The notes under the pieces were generated by a model. The model was not told where the DNA came from and did not search any database. It saw nothing but the letters and a program-made list of their open reading frames with translations. Shown here piece after piece: positions 18,475-28,248 of a stretch of DNA of 64,000 nucleotides; position 1 is the stretch's first letter; every line of letters begins with the position of its first letter. The translations under genes and the position numbers were made by a program. This DNA is from Abditibacterium sp. (GTDB lineage: Bacteria > Armatimonadota > Abditibacteriia > Abditibacteriales > Abditibacteriaceae), in NCBI GenBank assembly GCA_965246885.1, contig OZ251992.1, forward strand, positions 2,848,001 through 2,912,000. Direction: 5' to 3'.

Positions 18475-19560
18475 TTAGAAACTGCCCGTTTCAATGAGGT
18501 TGCCGTGCGAGTCGCGGGGATGAGCGCGCGGCGCCGGGGCGGACGCGAAGGTCTTCTCGATGTGCGGCAGGTGCCCGATGAGGTGCGTGGCCGCTCCCGT
18601 TACGCTTTGGGCATCCAGCGCGTGCGAGCGGAACCACAAGGGCGCCCACTGGCCGCACGCCTCGCCTTTGTGCGCCCATGTCTCGCCCACGCCCAAGACA
18701 ATCGCATACGGCAGCAACCTCTCGAAGAGTGCCGCGTCTCTGGTGAGCATCGCTCCCAGAGACACGGGGTTCACCGCCCGCACCCACGCGATGAAGCGGC
18801 GCGACTGATCGGCTTTGAGCGTTCCCACTACAGTTCGAGAGGGCATCCAAGGCGCCACTAAAAACCACAGTGCGCCCGACAGCGCAAGGCCAAGGGGGAA
18901 CATGACCAACGTCGCGCTTCCGCCCGCATTGGCCGTTAGCGTCGCCACCGCCAAAAAGCCGAACAGCAAGAGGAACCCCACCACAGCGAAGAACTCGCGC
19001 GTTGCTTTCGGGTCGGCGTGGTAGAAGCCCTCCCGTTTCAGGCTCTCATAAATCTCCGCTTCGAGAGGGGGCAAGTGGCGATAGAACTTGTTGTGCAAGA
19101 GCGACAGCGCGGTTTCGTTCCAAGGTTGCTCCGACGGGTTAATGTTTGCCGGACGCCTTCCCCTTTCAATGTCGGGCGGTTGCGAATCGAACAGCGCCGA
19201 GAGAAACATCCGCTCGTGCTTTTTCAGACGCTCAATGGGCGGGGCACCCTCGCAGCGCACGAAGCGCAGGTCGTCCGACTCCACCAGCCACTCACCCGGC
19301 GCGGCTTCTTCTATGGACAGGAAGCCGCGCGCCGCCAAGTCCACGAGCGTCGCCACGATGTCGAGCGGGTCGCACGAGTTGTCAATCAGCGTCGCCACTT
19401 GCGCGGGCGACAGGTCGAGCGGCGGCAGGGAGTGATCTGGCAAGCGCACCCGCGCCCGGTCATCCCGCCCCCGCCACAACCAAACTCCCAACAACCCCAA
19501 CGCAGTGAGGAGGGGAAACACCCAAAGCGGCCAGAAATGCGAAGCGAAAAGAAGAGTCAC
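18475..19560 (-). CDS. DUF2207-family membrane protein (C-terminal portion type)
   Basis: LSPAQVATLID, IVATLVDLAARGFL, FERLLPYAIVLGVGETW. Confidence 0.85.
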   Translation of the reverse strand: MTLLFASHFWPLWVFPLLTALGLLGVWLWRGRDDRARVRLPDHSLPPLDLSPAQVATLIDNSCDPLDIVATLVDLAARGFLSIEEAAPGEWLVESDDLRFVRCEGAPPIERLKKHERMFLSALFDSQPPDIERGRRPANINPSEQPWNETALSLLHNKFYRHLPPLEAEIYESLKREGFYHADPKATREFFAVVGFLLLFGFLAVATLTANAGGSATLVMFPLGLALSGALWFLVAPWMPSRTVVGTLKADQSRRFIAWVRAVNPVSLGAMLTRDAALFERLLPYAIVLGVGETWAHKGEACGQWAPLWFRSHALDAQSVTGAATHLIGHLPHIEKTFASAPAPRAHPRDSHGNLIETGSF

Positions 19561-19640
19561 GGGCGTAGTGTGACTTGCCAGTGTCTGACGTGCGAGGGGA
19601 ACCAGCGTTCTCCCTTCAGCCTGAGAAGTGCAGGGAAGCG

Positions 19641-19707
19641 GATTGGAAGGGTGCGGTAGCCCCGCTTCTTACTTTGTCGGGAGCGGGGCTACCGCACCCT
19701 TCCAATC
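19641..19707. repeat. Perfect 26-bp inverted repeat (terminator or REP-like)
   Basis: GATTGGAAGGGTGCGGTAGCCCCGCT (19641-19666) pairs with 19682-19707. Confidence 0.88.
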
Positions 19708-19752
19708 ATCAAGCCACTCGACGCAACTTTGACTTGGAGTTCCCATCCGCCC

Positions 19753-21273
19753 CTACCCTGCCAGCGCGCGCAGCAATTCCCGCAGAATCGCCCAATTGCG
19801 CGCGACGCTTGGAATCGAAACCCACTCGGCGGGCGTATGAGCGCCCCTGATGGTGGGGCCAAACGACACGGCATCCAAACCGGGGAGTTTCTCGCTGAGC
19901 AACCCGCACTCCAAGCCCGCATGCACCACTTCGACACGCGGCAGGTGTCCGCTCACGTTGGCAAAGGCGGCGGCGGTTTGGTCACGCAGGGGCGAGTCCG
20001 CGCGCGGCTCCCAGCCGGGATAGCCGTCGCGTTCTTCGATGCGCGCGCCCGCCGCTTCGCCCATCTCGCGGCACTTCGCCTGCATCCGCGCGATGTCGCC
20101 CGCCACAAAGGAGCGGTTCGAGACGTGCATCTCGACTTCCCCGGCGCTTGTCGCGACTTGCGCGAGGTTGGAAGAGGTCTGCACTTTCCCCTCCCAGCGC
20201 GCGCTCATCGTTTGCACTCCGTGCGGCAGGTCACGGATTAGACTGAGCACCTGCCGCGTCGCGGCAGGGGACATTGGCGCCGCCATGTCGCCCCGCTCGT
20301 TTGCGACTTGAATCGTCAGCCCCGGTTCATCGGCGAGCCAGTGGCTTGTGAGGGCGTCCGCCGCTCTTGTAAGCGGGGCCGCCACCCTTGCGACCGCCGC
20401 TCTTGTAAGCGGGGCCGCCACCCTTGCGACCGCCGCTTCAAGCGATTCGCCGCCCGGCGTGGGGACGGCGACTATCGCCACGCAGTCGCGGGGGATAGCG
20501 TTGTGCGCGGTGCCGCCGTCAAGGGCGACGAGGCGCATTTCGGGCAAAGCGTCGAGAAGTTGCCCTGTCATTTTCAGGGCGTTGCCCAACTTCTCCCCAA
20601 TCTGTATCCCCGAATGGCCGCCCGCCAAGCCCGATACGGAGACGCGGTAGAGCTTCCCATCACCTTGCAACGGCTCGCGCTTGATGGGCAAGTGGAGCGT
20701 CACGCCCGCGCCGCCCGCGCAACCGATGGTGATTTCGTCGTCCTCCTCGGAGTCGAGATTAATCAGGCGCCGCGCGCTCACCAGAGCGGGGTCAAGCAAG
20801 GCGGCGCCATACAGCCCGCTTTCTTCTTCGACGGTGAACAGTAGTTCGAGCGGCGGGTGCGTGGGCGCATCGCCTTCCAAAAGGGCGAGCATGAACGCGA
20901 CGCCGATGCCGTTGTCGGCGCCCAATGTTGTGCCGGTCGCGTAAACATGGTCGCCCTCGCGTCGGGGGATAATGGCATCGCGCTCGAAGTCGAAAGGGGT
21001 ATCGGGCGTCTTCTGGCAAACCATGTCGAGGTGCGCTTGAATGGCGACAGTTGGGGCATCGGGCGCCGCGTTTTTGGAGGGAACGCGCACGACCAAGTTG
21101 CCGCGTTCGTCGCGGGTGTGGGAAACGCCGCGCGCGTCGGCGAGGCTTTCGATGGCGGTGCGCAAAGCTTCTTCTTGCCCCGAAGGGCGCGGGGTGGCGT
21201 TGAGCAGGGCGAAGGCGCGCCACACGGAAGCGGGTTCGAGGTCTTGGTAAGCGGATGGAAGCGGGATATTCAT
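19753..21273 (-). CDS. pepD: Aminoacyl-histidine (beta-Ala-His) dipeptidase, M20 family
   Basis: PRPSGQE, QAHLDMV, TTLGADNGIG, FTVEEE, NLDSE, GGHSG, HAGLECG. Confidence 0.95.
   Translation of the reverse strand: MNIPLPSAYQDLEPASVWRAFALLNATPRPSGQEEALRTAIESLADARGVSHTRDERGNLVVRVPSKNAAPDAPTVAIQAHLDMVCQKTPDTPFDFERDAIIPRREGDHVYATGTTLGADNGIGVAFMLALLEGDAPTHPPLELLFTVEEESGLYGAALLDPALVSARRLINLDSEEDDEITIGCAGGAGVTLHLPIKREPLQGDGKLYRVSVSGLAGGHSGIQIGEKLGNALKMTGQLLDALPEMRLVALDGGTAHNAIPRDCVAIVAVPTPGGESLEAAVARVAAPLTRAAVARVAAPLTRAADALTSHWLADEPGLTIQVANERGDMAAPMSPAATRQVLSLIRDLPHGVQTMSARWEGKVQTSSNLAQVATSAGEVEMHVSNRSFVAGDIARMQAKCREMGEAAGARIEERDGYPGWEPRADSPLRDQTAAAFANVSGHLPRVEVVHAGLECGLLSEKLPGLDAVSFGPTIRGAHTPAEWVSIPSVARNWAILRELLRALAG
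20358..20437. repeat. 36-bp in-frame tandem duplication inside pepD
   Basis: CCGCCGCTCTTGTAAGCGGGGCCGCCACCCTTGCGA x2; protein AAVARVAAPLTR x2. Confidence 0.95.
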
Positions 21274-21307
21274 CACTTCTCCAGTTTGCCCGCACACTGA
21301 GGGGAAG

Positions 21308-21826
21308 ATGGAGCAGTGGCACGACTTCTGGGTGGTGGCGGGCACGGCGGCGGCAACGCTGCTGGGCTTGCTGTTTGTGGCGTTGTCGGTCAACAAAGAC
21401 CCCATCGCGGCGCGACCCTTATTGCGCTCGCTCGCGCGCCAGACATTTCTGTCATTGGGGATTATTCTGCTGCTCGCCGTGACGAGCTTGGTGCCTTCGC
21501 GCGCCCTATCGCCGCACGCGGTGGGCGGTTACTTCATCTTTGGCGCGGTGGCGACGCTGGTGTTATCGGGCACGGTGCACCTGCGAACGCTACGCGAGAA
21601 CCGGCGACGGCGGCAGGAAGGCGCACGGGCACGGGCGTTCCACGAGGGCGAGTATCTGGCGCGCGTGGCGGTGTATAACCTCGGACTGTTGTGTATTTTG
21701 GCGGCGGGGCGGGCGCTGTGGCGCGGCGACGTAGATGGCGCGCGCTTTCTGCTACCTGCCGTTGTCCTGCTGGGAGCGCTGGCGCTGGGCAACTCGTGGG
21801 GGTTGGTGCTGCGCGTAGAGGAGTAA
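21308..21826 (+). CDS. Hypothetical integral membrane protein
   Basis: WHDFWVVAGTAAATLLGLLFVALS N-terminus; about 5 TM segments. Confidence 0.85.
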   Translation: MEQWHDFWVVAGTAAATLLGLLFVALSVNKDPIAARPLLRSLARQTFLSLGIILLLAVTSLVPSRALSPHAVGGYFIFGAVATLVLSGTVHLRTLRENRRRRQEGARARAFHEGEYLARVAVYNLGLLCILAAGRALWRGDVDGARFLLPAVVLLGALALGNSWGLVLRVEE

Positions 21827-21834
21827 TTCGGGCA

Positions 21835-22020
21835 CTGACGGACATCTGCCAACGGACGGCGCGCGTCTGTCGCGCTTCCGCCGATGTCTGCCATTGGTTG
21901 ACGCGCATCTGCCAACCGGCGGCGCACATGCGCCAACGACTGACAGAGTGTGGCGGAGGTCGGCCCCATGTCTGTCGCTCGTTGACAGACATGGGCGACT
22001 CGAAGAATTACGTCCGCGCG
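21835..22020. repeat. Degenerate 21-bp periodic tract between convergent genes
   Basis: TCTG at 21845, 21866, 21887, 21908, 21971 with variants at 21929, 21992, 22013; 12-bp hairpin 21965-21995. Confidence 0.8.
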
Positions 22021-22026
22021 GGGCGC

Positions 22027-23370
22027 CTACACCCCGGCGGCGCGGGGCAGAACCACGCGGAAGCGGGTGCCGCTTGCGGGAGCGGCAATGCCGTTGGAGC
22101 CGGGGGCGGAGGTAGGCGCGTCGGCGTTGGAATGGACTTCGACGTGACCGCCGTGCGTTTCGACGATGTGCTTCACGATGGCAAGGCCAAGTCCGGTGCC
22201 ACCTTCGGCGCGCGAGCGGGCTTTGTCCACACGGTAGAACCGCTCGAAAACGCGCGGCAAGTCATCCGCCGGGATGCCGATGCCGTTGTCCTCGACTTCA
22301 AACCACGCGCCGCTCGCGTCTTCGCCCACGCCAAGCGAGACGCGCCCGCCCGACGGGGTGTAGGAGAGCGCGTTGTCGAGCAAATTGAAGGCGACCTGTT
22401 CGAGCGCGGGCGCATCGCCTTCGACGCGGGGGCTACTGCCGGTTTCTTCCCAATGGAGCGCGATGTCGCGGCGAGCGGCTTTATCGCGCAAACGCGCGAT
22501 AGCGTTATCTACAATCGGGCGCAGTTCGACGGGCGAGAACGGCGACACGCTGGCTCCTTCGGCGCGCGCCAGATCAAGCAAGTCCGACACGAGGCGCGAC
22601 AACCGCTCGGCTTCGGTGATGAGCGGCGGTAAAAAGCGCTCGGCGGCGCCGGGTTCGTCGCCCACGCTTTGCAAGGTTTCGGCGAGGGCGCGCACCGTTG
22701 CGATGGGGGTGCGCAGTTCGTGCGAAGCGTTGGACACGAAATCGCGCCGCACGCGTTCCAAGCGGCGCAGTTCAGTTAAGTCTTGCACGATGGCGACGGC
22801 ACCGGTGTGCGCTCCGGCCCCCGAAAAGACGGGCGCGACGCGCAAAAACACCTCGCGCGGGCGGGGGGAATACAGTTGCAATTCCTGCTCGCTGGAGTGA
22901 CCGTCGCGTAGCGCGTCGCGCATGGCCGAATCGAGGCCAAACGAGGGGAGCGCCTCGACGAGGTTGGCACCCAATACGTCCTGAATTTGTAAGTCGAACA
23001 AGCGTAGCGCGGCGGCGTTGACAAAGCGTAGCCGCGCTTCGTCGTCTACGACCAGCACGGCGTCTTGCAGCGAGGCGAGCACGTCTTCGAGTTCGCGGCG
23101 CGCGCGCGCTTCTTCGGCAGCGCTTTCTTCCAAGGCGGTGCGCACGGTCAGGAGGCGGCGCCACAGCCGCTCTTCTTCAGTGCCCAGTTGTTCGACTAAG
23201 TGCAGGGCCGCCACCTCGTTGCGCGCGGCGTAGGCCGAGGCCAAATCGGCACGCCAACGCTCGCGGCGCGCTCTGGCCGCTCCAAGCGCCAACAAGAGCA
23301 ACGCCAAAATCCCCGCCACAATCCAGCCCGACCACAAAATCATCGTGTTTTTCATCCACCTCCCGCCCAT
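22027..23370 (-). CDS. PhoR-like PAS sensor histidine kinase
   Basis: RRDFVSNASHELRTP, NLLDNALSY, DNGIGIP, FERFYRVDKARSR, GGTGLGLAIVKH; PAS domain; one TM. Confidence 0.95.
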   Translation of the reverse strand: MGGRWMKNTMILWSGWIVAGILALLLLALGAARARRERWRADLASAYAARNEVAALHLVEQLGTEEERLWRRLLTVRTALEESAAEEARARRELEDVLASLQDAVLVVDDEARLRFVNAAALRLFDLQIQDVLGANLVEALPSFGLDSAMRDALRDGHSSEQELQLYSPRPREVFLRVAPVFSGAGAHTGAVAIVQDLTELRRLERVRRDFVSNASHELRTPIATVRALAETLQSVGDEPGAAERFLPPLITEAERLSRLVSDLLDLARAEGASVSPFSPVELRPIVDNAIARLRDKAARRDIALHWEETGSSPRVEGDAPALEQVAFNLLDNALSYTPSGGRVSLGVGEDASGAWFEVEDNGIGIPADDLPRVFERFYRVDKARSRAEGGTGLGLAIVKHIVETHGGHVEVHSNADAPTSAPGSNGIAAPASGTRFRVVLPRAAGV

Positions 23371-23584
23371 TGCGCCCCTTTCAATTTCGCGCGCCCTTAA
23401 TTTAGCGCCTTGGCGCCGGAGCGAGAGTAAGAATTTAACAGTCGCGCAGACATAGGCACAGAGGGCACCCTTACAGGGCCGCTCAACCCCTGCCAGCCTT
23501 CCAGCAACGCTACCTCCACTCCCCGCGCATCGCGCCTTAAATTTTTAGTGGGCACCACCCGGCATATCCGGTCACACTTGCGCT

Positions 23585-24181
23585 ATGCGTTTGCCCGCTG
23601 TTCCTTCCGACAACCGGTTCCGGATTCTGATAGCCGAGGATGACCCGGCCATCTCACGCCTCGTCGCCGTTCATCTCAAGATGGCCGGGTTCGACTCGAT
23701 AGAAGCGCCCGACGGGGTGCAGGCGTGGAGCCAGTTTCCAACTTTCAACCCGCACCTGCTGCTGACGGATATCCACATGCCGGGGATGTCGGGGCACGAG
23801 TTGGTCGAGAAAGTGCGCTCCGGGTCGGCGATTCCGATTCTGATGATGACCGCCGTTGACACCGACGAAGCGCAAATGCGCGGGTTCAAGGTAGGCGCCG
23901 ATGACTACATTCCCAAGCCGTTCAACCCCAAGTTGCTCGTGGCGCGCGTCATTGCCAACCTGCGCCGCGTCTATCGCTACGACGGCCCCGCCGGGCCATC
24001 GGCCACCGTTCCAGAAGTCAATCGCGTTCCGGCGGCTCTCGCCGATGGCTCGTTGCACTGCGACTCTTGCGGTTACATCGGCCCCGTATGGAAATTCAAC
24101 GGGCGCGACACCACGACCGGAGAAAAAGCCGTCATGTGTCCCAACTGCGGCAACAAGCACATCACCTTCGAGGTCGGGTAG
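23585..24181 (+). CDS. Response regulator: receiver domain plus C-terminal C4 zinc ribbon
   Basis: IAEDD, LTDIHMPG, GADDYIPKPF; CDSC...CPNC at C-terminus. Confidence 0.9.
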   Translation: MRLPAVPSDNRFRILIAEDDPAISRLVAVHLKMAGFDSIEAPDGVQAWSQFPTFNPHLLLTDIHMPGMSGHELVEKVRSGSAIPILMMTAVDTDEAQMRGFKVGADDYIPKPFNPKLLVARVIANLRRVYRYDGPAGPSATVPEVNRVPAALADGSLHCDSCGYIGPVWKFNGRDTTTGEKAVMCPNCGNKHITFEVG

Positions 24182-24205
24182 CCCCTCTCCCGCATACTGA
24201 CGCCG

Positions 24206-25078
24206 ATGACAACACAACTTCCCCCCGGCTGGACGCTGTCGGCGTTTTCCGACGAAGCAGGAACGACACTGGATGCCCAAATTGAGGCGGCTAAGCGCGC
24301 TCAGTTGAAGTTCGTGGACTTGCGCTCGCTCGACGGGCACAACATCGCCGCGTTCCCTCTTGAAGATGCGCCCACCGCCAAAGCCAAGCTCGACGCGGCG
24401 GGGCTCAGGGTGCAAATGTTTGGCTCGCCTATTGGCAAAACCGACATAGCGGACGACTTCGCCCCAGAACTCGAAAAGCTGCGCCACCTCGCGCGTCTTG
24501 CGCCGGTCTTCGATTGCACGGCGATACGCATCTTTTCGTTTTACAACGCGCACGGCGCGGCCAAAGCCGAATGGGAAGCCATCGCCCTCGACCGTCTGGC
24601 CCAACTGCGCGACGAAGCGCAGGCGCTGGGATTGGTGCTTTATCACGAGAACGAGCGGCACATCTTCGGCGACTTGGGCGCCGATGTTCTCAAAATCGCG
24701 GAGTTGCGCGACGCCCACTTCCGCACCATCTTCGACTTCGACAACTACAACCAAAGCGGCGAAGACGTGTGGGCGGTCTGGGAACGCCTGCGCGATGCGA
24801 CGGACGCGATTCACCTGAAGGACTCAACGACAGAGAATCAGCACGTGCCGGTGGGGATGGGCAACGGCCAAGTCGAGCGCATCTTACGAGACGCCGCCAC
24901 TCGCGGCTGGCGTGGCCCGCTCGCGGTCGAGCCGCATCTCACTCATTCGGGCGCCGTCGCCCTGACTGGCCCCGGCGGAACGCCGGACGAAGTGTACTCG
25001 GACATGGCGCCCGCCGATTCGTTCCACCTCGCCGTCGAAGCCGCGCAAACGTTACTGGCGCGCATGGTCGCGGCCTAA
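24206..25078 (+). CDS. Sugar phosphate isomerase/epimerase (TIM barrel, AP endonuclease 2 family)
   Basis: SAFSDEA, GSPIGK, IRIFSFY, HENE, IHLKD, EPHL. Confidence 0.9.
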   Translation: MTTQLPPGWTLSAFSDEAGTTLDAQIEAAKRAQLKFVDLRSLDGHNIAAFPLEDAPTAKAKLDAAGLRVQMFGSPIGKTDIADDFAPELEKLRHLARLAPVFDCTAIRIFSFYNAHGAAKAEWEAIALDRLAQLRDEAQALGLVLYHENERHIFGDLGADVLKIAELRDAHFRTIFDFDNYNQSGEDVWAVWERLRDATDAIHLKDSTTENQHVPVGMGNGQVERILRDAATRGWRGPLAVEPHLTHSGAVALTGPGGTPDEVYSDMAPADSFHLAVEAAQTLLARMVAA

Positions 25079-25092
25079 CGGGAGGCGCCCGG

Positions 25093-26808
25093 TTACAGCT
25101 TTTGGGCGAATCTGGCGGCGCGCTCGGCGGCCAGTTCGGTCGCGTTGTCACCGATGTTGACGCCCTTGGCGCGCAGTGCGTCTTGGAGTTCGCCGACTTT
25201 TTGCGAGTCGGCGACGAAGTCGTGCGGGGAGATAGCGTCCTGCGCGCACATGGCGGCGCACAACCCCGCCGCTTGGCCCGCCGCCATCGTGACGGGAATC
25301 ACGCGCGCCGCGCCCGCCGCCATCCACGTTGCGGACAAGGAGCGCGACGCCACGAACAATCCATCCACCCGCTTGGGGATAAGCGCCGACAGCGGCATGG
25401 TGAACACCCAAGGGTGCGTCGCAGAGGGCGGCTCGCCGCGTTTGTAGGGGTGCAGGTCAATGGAGTATGAGCACAGTGCGATGCGGTCGGGGAAGACAGT
25501 TGAGTCTTTCACGTCCTTAGTGGTGAGGGTAGTCAGCCCCGATATGTGGCGCGTTTCGCGGATGTATAGTTCTGGCGCCGCGCTCAGCAGTTGCGCTCGC
25601 TCGAAGCCGGGCATCCGCCCGCGCAAAAAGGGCACCAAATACTTCAATTCCTCGACCGCTTCTTTGCGGCCCGCGACGCGCGACTCCTTTTCCAAGCCGT
25701 TGACGCCCAAGATATTGAGCGTGTTGAGCACGACCTCATTGCGTGTGGCTTGGCCGAAGTTGATGCTCATCACTTCGATGTTCGGCCCGTGCGGGCGGTA
25801 GCCCTTGACGATATCGCCGCGCTCCCACGCGTATGAGCCGACGCCCCCGCCCAAAAGAATGACGATTTGGTCGCCGCGCAGTTTGGCGTCGCTCGACTTG
25901 AGGATCGTCGGCTTGAGCGCGAGGGCAACGGCCAGAGGCAAGCGGCGCAGTTTGTGGGTGTAGGCGCGCACTTCATCCCAGTTCACGGGGCCGATGCGAA
26001 AAAACAACCCCGCCGATTGCATCGCGCGGTCGGCGTTGGCTTGCTCGCGGCCCAAAGTGAAGCCGCTTCCGGCAGTCGCCGCTACGTCGCCGTCGTTGCT
26101 CGCGTCCACCCACGCCGGGGCATTGAGGCGCACCCACTTTCCGTTCTGATGGAGCAACACGCTGCGCAAGCGCCCGTTGTCGAGGTTGAGATGCTCAATG
26201 CTCGTGCTCGTCATCACGCGGATGTTCGGCTCGGCGGCGATTTTCTGCTCGACCAAAACGCGCGCCCGTTCGGGAGCGAAGGCGAGGCCCAGCTTATGAT
26301 AGAACTCGCCAAAGATGCCGTAGTCAATGTCCGAGCGCGCGGAGTGGATGCCTTGAACGGGCACGTCGAACTGGTTAATCCAAGCGTAGGTGAGGTCGCC
26401 GCCAAGCAAGGGGCGCGGCTCGACAAGCACGACCTTGGCGCCCGCGCGCGCCGCCGCAATCGCCGCCGCGACGCCCGACGGCGTGCCACCCAAAACCGCG
26501 ACATCGCAGTTGTCAACGACCGCCACCCGTTCCGCCTCCGCGATGCGCGGGTTGGGCGGCGGGAGGGTGCCAACGAGGGGAGTTTTTTCTTCCCGGCGGC
26601 TCCACGCGACTAAGCAGGTAGCGGACAGTACGGCGACGGCGCCCGCGACCATGCTGACCCGGATCATCTGGCGGCGACGGCGAAGCGCGCGGTTGCGCGC
26701 TTTGGCCGCCGGGGACAAGGAGCGCGGCGCGGCACCGGAAGCAGAGCCGGATTGGACGCGATTTTGCGGCGAGGGCGAAGAAGAGGACGCGGGGCGGCGG
26801 GAGGACAT
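25093..26808 (-). CDS. FAD-dependent oxidoreductase, membrane-anchored
   Basis: VLGGTPSGVAAAIAAAR, VDASNDGD, LYIRETRH, YSIDLH, GQAAG; start uncertain. Confidence 0.9.
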   Translation of the reverse strand: MSSRRPASSSSPSPQNRVQSGSASGAAPRSLSPAAKARNRALRRRRQMIRVSMVAGAVAVLSATCLVAWSRREEKTPLVGTLPPPNPRIAEAERVAVVDNCDVAVLGGTPSGVAAAIAAARAGAKVVLVEPRPLLGGDLTYAWINQFDVPVQGIHSARSDIDYGIFGEFYHKLGLAFAPERARVLVEQKIAAEPNIRVMTSTSIEHLNLDNGRLRSVLLHQNGKWVRLNAPAWVDASNDGDVAATAGSGFTLGREQANADRAMQSAGLFFRIGPVNWDEVRAYTHKLRRLPLAVALALKPTILKSSDAKLRGDQIVILLGGGVGSYAWERGDIVKGYRPHGPNIEVMSINFGQATRNEVVLNTLNILGVNGLEKESRVAGRKEAVEELKYLVPFLRGRMPGFERAQLLSAAPELYIRETRHISGLTTLTTKDVKDSTVFPDRIALCSYSIDLHPYKRGEPPSATHPWVFTMPLSALIPKRVDGLFVASRSLSATWMAAGAARVIPVTMAAGQAAGLCAAMCAQDAISPHDFVADSQKVGELQDALRAKGVNIGDNATELAAERAARFAQKL

Positions 26809-26928
26809 CGAAAAGGGCGCACAAAGCGCGCGGAACATATTAGCAATTTTTAGAGTGTGCGGAGCGAAGGGAGTGGCAAGAAAAGCCACTTTCTTCTGTC
26901 TACCCGGTTTGCTCGTCCTCTTCCTACC

Positions 26929-27267
26929 ATGTTTGAACTCGATCATACCGCCGTTCCGTCCCGTGACATCACCGCGAGCGTCGCTTTTTACGTCGAGAGT
27001 TTCGGCGCCACCGTTCTTTACCAAGATGCGACGTGGGCCTTTCTCAAGTTGGGCGCGGGCAAACTCGCGCTCGTTACTCCCACACAGCACCCGCCTCACA
27101 CCGCGCTTCGCGTGGACGAATCGACACTCTCCGCCGCTGCACAACGGGCGGGCAAAGCCGTAGACAGCCACCGCGACGGCACCAAGGGCATTTATATCTC
27201 CGACCCCGACGGCAACGCCGTCGAACTTATTTGCTACCCGCCCGGTGAAACGCTCTACGAAAAGTAA
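26929..27267 (+). CDS. VOC/glyoxalase family protein
   Basis: LDHTAVPSRD...FY, HTAL, YISDPDGNAVEL. Confidence 0.9.
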   Translation: MFELDHTAVPSRDITASVAFYVESFGATVLYQDATWAFLKLGAGKLALVTPTQHPPHTALRVDESTLSAAAQRAGKAVDSHRDGTKGIYISDPDGNAVELICYPPGETLYEK

Positions 27268-27279
27268 AGCGCGCCCGGT

Positions 27280-27747
27280 TCAACCCTTCCACTTGGCGCG
27301 GCTTTGTTCGAGAAACTGCGCGAACTCGTCGGGAGCACCGTAGCCCTCAAAGCGGGCAACGGGCTGGCCGTTGGCGTTGATAAGGAACTGGTCGGGAAAC
27401 GCTTGCACGCCGTAGGAGCCAAGCAGGTCAGTGCGGGCGTCGCCGTCCACTTTGACGGGAATTAGGCCGCGCGTTTGGGCCTGCACGCGCGCGTCGCGCC
27501 ACGTGGTGACGTCCATTTTTTTGCAATAAGTGCAATTCTTGGACTCGAACACAACCAAAACGGGCTTATGCTGCTCGCGCGCGGCGCGTAATGCGGATTC
27601 AAAGCCGGTCTGCCACGCGATTTGGCCCTTGGCCACCTGAACGCGCACCGGCGCTTCGGGGCGCCCACTCAAGGCGGCAAAGGCGACGGCGCCCACGAGT
27701 GTCCAAACGAATAAAGTCGGCAAAATCCAGCGTTTCATGGCGTTCAT
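27280..27747 (-). CDS. Exported thioredoxin-fold protein
   Basis: KPVLVVF..KNCTYCKKM, VKVDGD, YGVQAFP. Confidence 0.9.
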   Translation of the reverse strand: MNAMKRWILPTLFVWTLVGAVAFAALSGRPEAPVRVQVAKGQIAWQTGFESALRAAREQHKPVLVVFESKNCTYCKKMDVTTWRDARVQAQTRGLIPVKVDGDARTDLLGSYGVQAFPDQFLINANGQPVARFEGYGAPDEFAQFLEQSRAKWKG

Positions 27748-28248
27748 TCAACGAGGCGCCGCCCCACCCGTTCCCGCCGCCAATACAAGGGCCGCGTGTC
27801 CTTCGGGAGACACATCCTCCCACACGCGGCGCAGGGTGCCCTCGACATCTACGAGGAACGTCGTGCGGCGCACCTTAGTAACGGGCTTGCCATACATTTG
27901 TGCGTTGGTAATCAAGCCGTGCGCTCCGAGCCACGCGCCACCTTTGTCGCTGAGAAGCGGAAACGGCAACGCTTGGGCGCCGCAAAAGCGCGCGTGCGAG
28001 CCGAGCGTATCGCGCGACACGCCCAACACTTCCACCCCAAGCGCCCGGAACTGCGCGTAAAGCGTGGCGAATTCGCGCGCTTCGAGGGTGCAACCGGAAG
28101 TCGCGTCTTTGGGGTAGACCCACAACACGAACGGCACCCCGCGCAGAGTTTCGTTGGAGACGCTCCCCTCGACTTTCTGCCCATTGCGGAGCGCGACGCA
28201 GGGGAACTCGAACGCGGGGAAAGGGGCGCCCGCTTGGAAGTGCTCCAC
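27748..28248 (-). CDS. bcp: Peroxiredoxin (BCP/PrxQ)
   Basis: YPKDATSGCTLEA, GVSRD, FPLLSD, RTTFLVD. Confidence 0.92.
   Translation of the reverse strand: MEHFQAGAPFPAFEFPCVALRNGQKVEGSVSNETLRGVPFVLWVYPKDATSGCTLEAREFATLYAQFRALGVEVLGVSRDTLGSHARFCGAQALPFPLLSDKGGAWLGAHGLITNAQMYGKPVTKVRRTTFLVDVEGTLRRVWEDVSPEGHAALVLAAGTGGAAPR

Noticed and set aside
23400..23580. Pho boxes upstream of the PhoR-like kinase
   Set aside because: Only isolated TTAACA/TTACA words, with no convincing 11-bp direct repeat
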